64,000 nt of DNA, from positions 7,062 through 71,061 of the forward strand of contig JAJZAD010000004.1 of NCBI GenBank assembly GCA_021799575.1, given 5' to 3'. Positions 6,972 through 15,398 of the stretch are shown one piece after another. Position 1 is the first letter of the stretch. Each line of letters starts with the position of its first letter. This DNA is from a bacterium. GTDB lineage: Bacteria > Patescibacteriota > Saccharimonadia > Saccharimonadales > UBA4665. Made by a program: the position numbers and the translations under genes. A model generated the notes under the pieces. It saw only the letters and a program-made list of their open reading frames with translations, had not been told where the DNA came from and made no database searches.

Positions 6972-9881
6972 ATGAAGTTTACCAAAGCCAGCCGACGTTC
7001 ACCAAAAGAATATGAGGCCGAGCTTATTAAATACTGGATAGTTAACCGGATTTTCGAACGCTCAGTCGAGCAGCGTCCAAAAGAAAACTTATACGTTTTT
7101 TATGACGGCCCACCTTTTATAACGGGAGTTCCACACCACGGTACACTATTGTCCAGCGTAGTCAAGGATGCCGTTCCTAGATTTTGGACCATGAAGGGTA
7201 AACGTGTAGAAAGAGTGTGGGGCTGGGACTGTCATGGTTTACCTGCCGAAGTATTCACGGAAAGCAAGTTAGGGATTCGTGATAAAAGAGATATAGGTAC
7301 TAAAATCAGCCTTGAGAACTATATTTTAACCTGTCGTGAAAACATGGTAGTGACAGGCAATTTATGGGAAGAAACTATCGAGCGCATAGGACGGTGGGTT
7401 AACTTTAAAGGGGCCTATAGAACGATGGATAAGGACTATATGGAATCCGTCTGGTGGGCCTTTAAACAGTTATATGATAAAGGTAAGATCTATGAAGGTG
7501 AGAAAGTTTTACTCTACTGCATACGTGATGCTACACCGATTTCCAAAGCCGAAGTGGCGCAGGATAATACCTACCAAGAAGATACCGATCCATCGGTCTA
7601 TGTTAGGTTTAAACTGAAAAATAGTAATCTTTACTTACTGGCATGGACAACTACGCCGTGGACATTACCTGCCAATACTGCGCTTGCAGTTAATTCCAGA
7701 TTGGATTACGCCGAGGTGGAAATTGGCGGAGAACGGCTAATAATCGCCAAAGCCTTACTGGATAAAGTGCTAACTAATGAAAAGCATGAGGTATTAGACT
7801 ATAAAATTATCCGAAGCTTTAAAGGTACGGAATTAATCGGAAAGCAATACGAACCGTTATTTGAGAATTTGGGTGGCAATGCCCATAAGATATGGGATGC
7901 AGACTATGTTAGTGTTGACGAAGGTACCGGTATAGTTCATCTGGCACCCGCATATGGGGAAGAAGATTATGATTTGGCGCGGGCCAATAATATTCCACTT
8001 GTAGCTAACGTGGACGATTACGGTGTTTATACCTCAGGTGAGTGGGAAGGGATGAACGTTTGGGAAGCTAACCGGCTGATAGCGAGGACTTTGCACCACC
8101 GTGGCATAGTATGGCGGGTAGACTTTATTACTCACCAGTACCCGCATTGTCATCGGTGCGGTACGAAACTAATTTATCGCGCTCACCCCAGTTGGTTTAT
8201 GGATATAAGTTCTCAAAAGTCCCAAATGCTCGAGCTAAATCGTAATATTTATTGGTTCCCCGAGCATATTAAGACCGGTCGGTTTATTAAAACAGTAGAA
8301 AGTGCTCCTGATTGGAATATTAGCCGGGATAGATTCTGGGCTACGGCAATGCCAGTCTGGAAAGGGGTGGACAGTGAAGGCAAGGAACATATAAAAGTTA
8401 TCGGTAGTTATCAAGAGTTAAAAGAACTGTCCGGAATTGAACTGGAGGATTATCACCGCCCATGGATTGACGATGTTAGCTTTAATATTGACGGCGTTGA
8501 GTATAAGCGGATCGATAAAGTATTGGATTGTTGGTTTGAAAGCGGCAGCATGCCCTTCGCCCAATTTCATTATCCGTTTGAAAACAAAGAAAAATTTGAG
8601 CACAATTTTCCGGCAGACTTTGTATCGGAATATGTTGGTCAAGTCAGAGCATGGTTTTATTATTTACACGCTATCAGTACGGCCTTATTTGACACCCACG
8701 CCTTTAATAACGTTATTGTTACTGGGACTTTAGCAGGCAATGACGGCCGGAAGATGAGTAAAAGTTACGGTAACTTTACAGACCCTAATATTTTGATGGA
8801 TCAATACAGCGCCGATGCACTTAGGTTTTTACTTCTTAGTTCGCCGGTGTTGAACGCGGAGGACTTTTCGCTGATGGATAAAGATGTGGCCGATGTTAGT
8901 CGTAAACTGTCTATGATCTGGAATATTTATGATTTCTTCAGCCTTTATGCCGATGTAGACGGATGGGAATGGGATGAAAACAGTACCGACAACTATCCTC
9001 CTGATTCAGACCATATTCTGGATCGTTGGATTATTTCTCGCGTACACGAGCTAAACCTGGTGATTGATTCCAGTATGCAAAGTTACGATATTCCCGGAGC
9101 GCTCAAAGAGGTACTGCCTTTTATCGATGATGTTTCAAATTGGTATGTCAGGCGCTCCCGCAAACGATTCTGGAAGACCGAAAACGATCTGGATAAGAAT
9201 CAGGCGTATCAAACGCTGCATTATATTTTGTTACAGCTGTCGCTGTTATTAGCGCCCTTCATTCCGTTTCTAAGTGAAGAACTATATCGTAAACTCACCG
9301 GAGGGTTAAGCGTTCATTTATTGGATTGGCCTCAAGCCGGTTCAATTGATCATGATCTACTCGCGCAGATGAAATACGTAAGAGAAATAATTAACGAAGG
9401 TCTTCGGCAACGAGCAAGTGAAGGCATTAAAGTCAGACAACCTCTGCAATCAGTGAGTATCCCAACCAACGACGAAGTTAAATTAAGTGGAGTCTTACAA
9501 TCAATCATAGCCGAAGAACTTAATGTTAAGGAGGTTAAAGAATTGGTATCGAAGAATTCGTCTACCCAGTTGTTAGCCGTTATGGATTTGCGACTTACTC
9601 CCGAGCTGAAAAAAGAAGGTATTGCCAGAGAAATAATTAGGAATGTTCAGAACGCGCGTAAAAATGCCGGTCTGAACGTCGATGACAGGATAGATCTGCA
9701 ATTAGGGTCTACTGCGGAAGCGGTAAGACAGGCTTATACGACTAAGGAACTGGCTGAACTTATACAACACGAAACTTTAGCTTTAACTCTAAACCAGTTG
9801 GAATTAAGCAATGCTTATGCGGAAGCGGTCAATATAGATGGTGCTGAACTAGGTATTAAATTGAAGGTTGCCGGAACCTGA
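6972..9881 (+). CDS. ileS: Isoleucyl-tRNA synthetase (eukaryote-like / type 2 architecture by N-terminal motifs)
   Basis: Motifs FYDGPPFITGVPHHGTLL (HIGH region), WGWDCHGLPAE and KMSKSYGN, with no C-terminal Cys cluster. I place the start at ATG 6972 (SD AGGGG at 6961-6965) rather than TTG 6942, which lies inside the leader helix. Confidence 0.93.
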   Translation: MKFTKASRRSPKEYEAELIKYWIVNRIFERSVEQRPKENLYVFYDGPPFITGVPHHGTLLSSVVKDAVPRFWTMKGKRVERVWGWDCHGLPAEVFTESKLGIRDKRDIGTKISLENYILTCRENMVVTGNLWEETIERIGRWVNFKGAYRTMDKDYMESVWWAFKQLYDKGKIYEGEKVLLYCIRDATPISKAEVAQDNTYQEDTDPSVYVRFKLKNSNLYLLAWTTTPWTLPANTALAVNSRLDYAEVEIGGERLIIAKALLDKVLTNEKHEVLDYKIIRSFKGTELIGKQYEPLFENLGGNAHKIWDADYVSVDEGTGIVHLAPAYGEEDYDLARANNIPLVANVDDYGVYTSGEWEGMNVWEANRLIARTLHHRGIVWRVDFITHQYPHCHRCGTKLIYRAHPSWFMDISSQKSQMLELNRNIYWFPEHIKTGRFIKTVESAPDWNISRDRFWATAMPVWKGVDSEGKEHIKVIGSYQELKELSGIELEDYHRPWIDDVSFNIDGVEYKRIDKVLDCWFESGSMPFAQFHYPFENKEKFEHNFPADFVSEYVGQVRAWFYYLHAISTALFDTHAFNNVIVTGTLAGNDGRKMSKSYGNFTDPNILMDQYSADALRFLLLSSPVLNAEDFSLMDKDVADVSRKLSMIWNIYDFFSLYADVDGWEWDENSTDNYPPDSDHILDRWIISRVHELNLVIDSSMQSYDIPGALKEVLPFIDDVSNWYVRRSRKRFWKTENDLDKNQAYQTLHYILLQLSLLLAPFIPFLSEELYRKLTGGLSVHLLDWPQAGSIDHDLLAQMKYVREIINEGLRQRASEGIKVRQPLQSVSIPTNDEVKLSGVLQSIIAEELNVKEVKELVSKNSSTQLLAVMDLRLTPELKKEGIAREIIRNVQNARKNAGLNVDDRIDLQLGSTAEAVRQAYTTKELAELIQHETLALTLNQLELSNAYAEAVNIDGAELGIKLKVAGT

Positions 9882-9940
9882 TTCCATACCAAACTTAAAA
9901 TTAAAACTCAAAAACTTCGTATCCGCCGGTTTCTATCTCT

Positions 9941-9970
9941 TTGACACTTGCACCTTATATCTGGTAGAAT
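9941..9970 (+). promoter_or_regulatory. Candidate promoter for rplU (TTGACA, 18 bp spacer, TGgTAGAAT)
   Basis: Perfect -35 TTGACA at 9941-9946 and extended -10 TGgTAGAAT at 9962-9970, about 40 nt upstream of the rplU ATG. Confidence 0.55.
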
Positions 9971-10011
9971 CTATCGGTACTTCTAAGTTTCTAAAAAGGT
10001 AATATCTCTAT

Positions 10012-10317
10012 ATGAAAAAGGCAGTGATTGTTGCCGGTTCAAAACAGTATCTTGTCTCTGAAGGCGACATTTTAGATGTTGAAAAACTTAAAGCCGATAA
10101 GAAGATAGAATTCGTTCCGCTTTTAGTAATTGATGGATTAAAAATTAGTGTTGGTAAGCCAGATGTAGCATCAGCTAAAGTACGCGCCGATATTTTAGAA
10201 CCCGATAAACTCGGAGAGAAAAAGACCTCTATTCATTATAAAGCCAAAAAACGGGTTCATAGTGTGCACGGACACCGTCAACATCTGACAACTATTAAAA
10301 TCACAAGTATTGCCTAA
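10012..10317 (+). CDS. rplU: 50S ribosomal protein L21
   Basis: 101 aa with N-terminus MKKAVIVAGSKQYLVSEGDILDVEKL, typical of L21. rpmA is not adjacent; it lies at 40742-41014 on the other strand. Confidence 0.9.
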   Translation: MKKAVIVAGSKQYLVSEGDILDVEKLKADKKIEFVPLLVIDGLKISVGKPDVASAKVRADILEPDKLGEKKTSIHYKAKKRVHSVHGHRQHLTTIKITSIA

Positions 10318-10346
10318 ATATAGTTAACCAGTCTGAATTTTCTGAT

Positions 10347-10355
10347 TGTGGATAA
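10347..10355. promoter_or_regulatory. Perfect DnaA-box 9-mer (TGTGGATAA = TTATCCACA on the other strand)
   Basis: Exact match to the consensus DnaA box in the AT-rich rplU-parA spacer. Only one box is present here, so it is not called as oriC. Confidence 0.35.
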
Positions 10356-10574
10356 GTTCAGGGCAATATTTTTCATGATGTAAAAATACCAACTACTAAA
10401 ACAGGTATTAATACAAAAAAAACAACTATTTTAAAACTTTCTTAGCTGAAAAATGGCTTAAATATCATATTTTAACAACATATATCTAACAAAAAATGCA
10501 TTTTTATAAGACAAGTACGCATGCAAAAATTATTCAAAAAATCCTTGATTACACTTTAAACATGATAGATACTA

Positions 10575-10774
10575 CTGTCATAGGATTGGATGGTCCCTGG
10601 CCTTGGGAGACTCGCACCAGTCCTAAGCCAACAAAAATTGGTAAAAACAACAAAATGCCTTATAACTAAAACAAAGGCACATAAAAACCATTTAAAACGT
10701 CTAACAAGACGGAAAAATGTAAAAAGGGGTGCTATATCGAAGCCAAAAGCTAGATATAAGCACCTCTTGTTTTA
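10575..10774 (+). ncRNA. Candidate structured small RNA or parA leader/attenuator (family unknown)
   Basis: Four hairpins separated by A-rich linkers. These are GGAUGG/CCAGUCC (10588-10623), UGCCUU/AAGGCA (10656-10679), CGUCU-aaca-AGACG (10698-10711), and a terminator hairpin at 10725-10767 with a U-tract. The 5' end is not defined; there is a weak TTGATT...TGaTAGATA at 10545-10571. It overlaps an 85-aa very basic ORF (10590-10847), which is an alternative explanation. Confidence 0.25.
10725..10774 (+). terminator. Intrinsic terminator-like hairpin + U-tract about 60 nt upstream of parA
   Basis: AGGGGUGCUAUAUC (10725-10738) pairs with GAUAUAAGCACCUCU (10753-10767), giving 14 bp with one bulge and one G-U. 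It is followed by UGUUUUAU. Confidence 0.6.
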
Positions 10775-10834
10775 TGGCCCCGGTTTTACCTTGAAGATAA
10801 AAAATGCTAATCTTAAAACTGAAATAAGAGAACT

Positions 10835-11596
10835 ATGGGTCATATAATCGCAGTCATAAATCAAAAAGGTGGCGTTGGGAAGACTACAACAGTTATTAAT
10901 TTAGCTGCTTTTTTAAAGAAACTAAGTTATTCAGTATTAGTTGTAGATATCGATCCGCAGGGCAACGCGACAAGCGGACTTGGCGTTGATAAACAGCACT
11001 TAAAGGGGTCTCTTAAGGAGTTATTGTTCGGGGAAAAAGCTCTTGACCAAGTTGTCTTAAATGCTGTTGACGGAATTAGTCTGCTACCAACTAACCAGGA
11101 ATTAGCTGCTTCAGAAATAAGCTTAGTCAATGCTGATCAGCGTGAGTTTAGACTAAAGGAAGTAATTAATAGTTGTAATTACGACTATATTATAATTGAC
11201 TGTCCGCCGTCTCTCAGTCTTTTGACGATCAACGCCCTAACTGCGGCAGACAGCGTTCTAATTCCGGTTCAAGCAGAATACTATGCTTTAGAAGGGTTAG
11301 GACAACTTCTGGAAGTAGTGCAATTAGTAAAAAGCGGGTTAAATCCGAATATTGAATTACTTGGTGTATTACTTACAATGTATGATAAACGCAACAGTTT
11401 ATCTGAACAGGTGAAGAATGAAGTAAAAAACCATTTCGGTGACAAAGTATTTACAACAATTATTCCTCGAAATGTACGTTTGGCTGAGGCACCAAGTTAC
11501 GGCAAACCCATTAGCTCATATGATAAATGGAGTAAGGGTGCGCGGGCTTATCTTAGCTTAGCTAGAGAGGTGCATAAACGAACAGCCTATTTATAA
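10835..11596 (+). CDS. parA: Chromosome partitioning ATPase ParA/Soj
   Basis: 253 aa with the deviant Walker A NQKGGVGKTTT. It is followed by parB. Confidence 0.93.
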   Translation: MGHIIAVINQKGGVGKTTTVINLAAFLKKLSYSVLVVDIDPQGNATSGLGVDKQHLKGSLKELLFGEKALDQVVLNAVDGISLLPTNQELAASEISLVNADQREFRLKEVINSCNYDYIIIDCPPSLSLLTINALTAADSVLIPVQAEYYALEGLGQLLEVVQLVKSGLNPNIELLGVLLTMYDKRNSLSEQVKNEVKNHFGDKVFTTIIPRNVRLAEAPSYGKPISSYDKWSKGARAYLSLAREVHKRTAYL

Positions 11597-11646
11597 ACTC
11601 CTTTAAACTTACGTCCAGTGTGCTATAGTTATGTTTAATAAAAGCT

Positions 11647-12510
11647 ATGGCAGGTAAACAAAAACACGTATTAGGTAACGGCTTGGCATCTTTGATACCG
11701 ACAAATATTGATCAAAGTATGCTCACTGAAACTATCGAAAAAGTTCATAAACTGGCTTTGGATGCAATCACACCGAATAAGGAACAACCTAGAAAATACT
11801 TTGAAGACAGCAGTCTAAAAGAATTAGCGGAATCAATTAAAGAACACGGTGTTTTGCAGCCGATAGTGGTGTCGCCCAAGGGAGACGGTAAATACCATCT
11901 CGTTGCCGGAGAAAGACGCTGGAGAGCGGCTAAAATAGCCGGACTCAAAACTATTCCGGCAATCATCCGGACGTTTAAAGAACTTGAAAGGCTGGAAGTT
12001 GCAATGGTTGAAAACGTTCAGCGGGTAGATTTGACACCTATAGAACAAGCCATTGGAATAGAGCGGCTACATCAGCAGTTCAGCATGACTTATGAGACTA
12101 TAGCTAAAAAGCTAGGTAAAGCTATATCAACAGTGAACAATATTGCGAGGTTGCTTCAGCTGCCATCTGAAGCAATCGAAGCATTGAACACAAAAATTAT
12201 TACAGAAGGACATGCGCGTGCCGTGCTGGCACTGAAAGATTTTCCCGAGCACCAAACTAAATTACTAAAGAACTGTATTAATGGATGGAGTGTCCGCCAG
12301 GCTGAGCGTTATGTAACATCAATTAAATCTGGAGTTAAAAACGACGATGAGGTCAAAGCCAGGGTCTCGTTAAGCACTCCGGAGACAAAGGTTTTGGGTA
12401 AACGGCTAGGTACTACGGTACATATCAGGAGAATGGCAAAAGGTGGTCGTCTAGAAATTACCTTTACGAGCGATGAGCAACTCATGCAAATATTAAAACG
12501 TATTCGTTAA
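11647..12510 (+). CDS. parB: Chromosome partitioning protein ParB/Spo0J
   Basis: 287 aa with the ParB-box LVAGERRWRAAK and an HTH segment. I could not find a canonical parS palindrome in the window. Confidence 0.92.
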   Translation: MAGKQKHVLGNGLASLIPTNIDQSMLTETIEKVHKLALDAITPNKEQPRKYFEDSSLKELAESIKEHGVLQPIVVSPKGDGKYHLVAGERRWRAAKIAGLKTIPAIIRTFKELERLEVAMVENVQRVDLTPIEQAIGIERLHQQFSMTYETIAKKLGKAISTVNNIARLLQLPSEAIEALNTKIITEGHARAVLALKDFPEHQTKLLKNCINGWSVRQAERYVTSIKSGVKNDDEVKARVSLSTPETKVLGKRLGTTVHIRRMAKGGRLEITFTSDEQLMQILKRIR

Positions 12511-12518
12511 AACTCTCG

Positions 12519-13190
12519 CTAAAACGCTTCAACTTTGGAAATAGGCAGTAACCTGAGCACCATTTGACCTATGACCTGATTGGTATTTATTGGTCCGAAG
12601 CGTGTCGAATCACAGGAGACCGAACGGTTATCTCCCATAACGAATAGTTGATGTGAGTTTAACTGAACCGTTTCATTAGTTAAATCATATGGGTGTATAG
12701 TGTGCGACTTATTGTAGCCTAATGTATTATCCGGCTGAAAACCTTTAGGGTGTTTCTTGTCGTAAATTGTAACGATTCCGTCTCTAATGACAACCTTGTC
12801 ATTCGGCAATCCGATAACTCGTTTAATAAGCGTTTTAGTGGATGAAGGTTGCCCGCACACCGCTAAATTACTCTCATTAAAAACAATAATATCTCCCCGT
12901 TTGGGTACATATTGATGTCCGGTTATCATTGCCCAGGTTCTCGGCACTTTCCAGATAATCAGTTTATCCTGATTTTGGAGTGTCGGCTCCATACTGGTCC
13001 CGTCTACATCATATGATCGGAAGACATAACTGCTGAGAAGAATAGCTAACGCGATCGCAACTAATAAAATACCGACAATGGATAAAGCTTCTCGTAGTCT
13101 GGAAGGATTAGTGGTTTTGTCGCTGTAAACTTTGGTATTCTCGTCAGTAGCCTGACTATTACCGTGCCGCTTGAATTTTTTGATGTCCAC
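12519..13190 (-). CDS. lepB: Signal peptidase I (S26)
   Basis: 223 aa with an N-terminal TM segment, the catalytic-Ser box GTSMEPTL, and GDNRSVSCDS. It is convergent with parB, with only 8 bp between the stop codons. Confidence 0.9.
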   Translation of the reverse strand: MDIKKFKRHGNSQATDENTKVYSDKTTNPSRLREALSIVGILLVAIALAILLSSYVFRSYDVDGTSMEPTLQNQDKLIIWKVPRTWAMITGHQYVPKRGDIIVFNESNLAVCGQPSSTKTLIKRVIGLPNDKVVIRDGIVTIYDKKHPKGFQPDNTLGYNKSHTIHPYDLTNETVQLNSHQLFVMGDNRSVSCDSTRFGPINTNQVIGQMVLRLLPISKVEAF

Positions 13191-13337
13191 GTTTTACAAC
13201 TATACCACGCTCGGTTTTAGTAAATAAAAAAACTCTTCAAAAACTTAAGTTTATTATGTCGGAACACTTTTTGCCAGGTAGTTTTTAGGATTATTCAACC
13301 TTACGTAACTTTGTTATGTAGTACTATAGTAGGTTAG

Positions 13338-14096
13338 ATGGACGATGTACTTAGGCGACTAAAGCCGACAAAAGGCTTTTCTTCTTTGGCTCATAATTCT
13401 CTGCTTATCGCACTTCCTTTAATTATCTTTGCTTTAGTGCGATTGAACGAAAGCCAGTTTACGCAACTGGCAATAGTATTAATTATTTTAAGTAAATGGC
13501 GGATTTTTGCCGTTCGGCCTAGATTTTGGCCAGCCAATATTCGTGCAAACTCGGTTGACTTAATGGTTGGTATATCGATCGTAGTGTTTATGACGCACGC
13601 ATATAGCACATGGATTCAGCTTGGATGGGCAATTGCTTACGCGGTATGGTTAATTTATATAAAACCGGCAAACTTTAGTCTAATGGTTTCTTTTCAAGCC
13701 GGAATAGCTCAGTTGTGCGCTCTTAGCGCCGTCTATTTATTCTGGGATAATGGCCCCGTGTATGGACTAACAGTCCTTACGGGTTTAATTTGTTTTCTAA
13801 CCGCCAGACATTTTTTTGATGCGTTTGATGAAAGCTACTCAAAACTACTGAGCTATTTATGGGGATATTTCGGAGCGGCTCTGGCGTGGATACTAAGTCA
13901 TTGGTTGCTTTATTACAGCGTATTTTCGCAACCGACAGTGCTACTTACTGCTATCGGTTACGGTATAGGAGCACTCTATTATCTGGATCATAACGATAGA
14001 CTAACTAAATCGTTAAGACGTCAACTTATAACTGTTATGCTATTAATAGTGGCAATTATCATTGTTTTCTCAGATTGGGGCAGTAAAGTTGTTTAG
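13338..14096 (+). CDS. Hypothetical polytopic membrane protein
   Basis: 252-aa ORF with about 6-7 hydrophobic segments. No family was recognised. Confidence 0.5.
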   Translation: MDDVLRRLKPTKGFSSLAHNSLLIALPLIIFALVRLNESQFTQLAIVLIILSKWRIFAVRPRFWPANIRANSVDLMVGISIVVFMTHAYSTWIQLGWAIAYAVWLIYIKPANFSLMVSFQAGIAQLCALSAVYLFWDNGPVYGLTVLTGLICFLTARHFFDAFDESYSKLLSYLWGYFGAALAWILSHWLLYYSVFSQPTVLLTAIGYGIGALYYLDHNDRLTKSLRRQLITVMLLIVAIIIVFSDWGSKVV

Positions 14097-14117
14097 TCGT
14101 AAGTTAACTTTATTTGT

Positions 14118-15398
14118 ATGAGTGATAATTTAAACGATCGAAAGTTCAATAGTATAAGTACCAAGGGCACTAAAGACCCAAAGACTATTACTATTACCAT
14201 ACCTAGATTGCCGCGTCCGAAAGTTGGACATCTGATCACAAAGGGAAGGGTACTGTTTTTAGTTCTAGTCTTAGCAATAGGACTAGGTGGAGGGATACTT
14301 GGGGGCTGGATCGAACATTCCAGCTACCAGGGGTCTATATATATCGCAAGTACTAACAACAACCAGATTCGAGTCAGCAATTTTAGTATGCTTATAAGCT
14401 CTATTGCCCAAAAACTAACTCCAAGCGTAGTTAGCATTAATGCCACTACTACCACTCAGGGTTCTAATTTCTTTGGTTTCACACAACCTATTCAATCCCA
14501 ATCAGAGGGGACGGGGATTATTATATCCAGTAACGGTCTGGTTCTAACTAATCGACATGTAGTCCCGGCAGGCACCACATCAATCAGTGTTACTTTAAGT
14601 AATGGAACGGTACTTAATGATGTGTCTGTAGTGGGACGTACCTCTACTAGCGATAGTCTGGATATAGCAATCCTAAGAATTAATAACGCTCAAGGGCAGA
14701 CACTGATACCGGCAACTTTAGGTGATTCTAGTCAAATGCGGGTCGGAGACGGGGTAGTAGCGATAGGTAATGCTCTTGGCCAATTTCAGAATACGGTTAC
14801 CAGCGGAATAATTTCCGGTTTCGGACGCAATATTTCCGCCAGCTCAGGAGGGAGTATTTACGGTTTAACATCTACCAGCAGCGAGAATCTAACGGATATG
14901 TTTCAGACCGATGCGGCTATCAATGAAGGTAATTCGGGCGGTCCTTTAGTAAACCTTAACGGCCAGGTTATTGGAGTTAACACGGCTATAGCCAGCAATT
15001 CGGAAAACATCGGTTTCGCTATTCCGATTAACGAAGTTAAGGGCTTAATCAAAGAAGTTATTACCACCGGTAAGTTTGAGCGGCCATTATTGGGAGTGAG
15101 GTTTGAGTTGTTAACTCCAGCATTGGCTAAACAGTATAAACTTAAAGTGGATAATGGAGCGTACATTCCTAGAAATAACGGATCTACACCTTCAGTAGTA
15201 GCTGGCTCTGCCGCAGCCAAAGCCGGCATCAAACCGGGTGATGTTATCACGAAAGTTGACGGTACTCCAGTTAACCCGTTAAACGACTTAACGATGTTAA
15301 TAGATCAGTATGAACCAGGAACTAAAGTTACCTTAACGGTTGTGCGCGGCTCGAAAACACTGACTATAGTAGCCACATTGGGCAGGATGTCTTCATAG
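14118..15398 (+). CDS. htrA: HtrA/DegP-family serine protease with C-terminal PDZ domain
   Basis: 426 aa with an N-terminal TM anchor, triad context TNRHVV / DIAILRI / GNSGGPLVN, and a PDZ-like C-terminus. Confidence 0.9.
   Translation: MSDNLNDRKFNSISTKGTKDPKTITITIPRLPRPKVGHLITKGRVLFLVLVLAIGLGGGILGGWIEHSSYQGSIYIASTNNNQIRVSNFSMLISSIAQKLTPSVVSINATTTTQGSNFFGFTQPIQSQSEGTGIIISSNGLVLTNRHVVPAGTTSISVTLSNGTVLNDVSVVGRTSTSDSLDIAILRINNAQGQTLIPATLGDSSQMRVGDGVVAIGNALGQFQNTVTSGIISGFGRNISASSGGSIYGLTSTSSENLTDMFQTDAAINEGNSGGPLVNLNGQVIGVNTAIASNSENIGFAIPINEVKGLIKEVITTGKFERPLLGVRFELLTPALAKQYKLKVDNGAYIPRNNGSTPSVVAGSAAAKAGIKPGDVITKVDGTPVNPLNDLTMLIDQYEPGTKVTLTVVRGSKTLTIVATLGRMSS

Noticed and set aside
10318-10590. 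oriC in the AT-rich rplU-parA spacer next to parAB
   Set aside because: Only one DnaA box is present. I saw no cluster of boxes and no recognisable AT-rich 13-mer-type repeats, and no dnaA or dnaN gene is nearby. Gene orientation does not switch here.
11597-12518. parS site near or within parB
   Set aside because: I could not find a TGTTNCACGTGAAACA-like palindrome here or elsewhere in the window by eye. A pattern search should confirm this.
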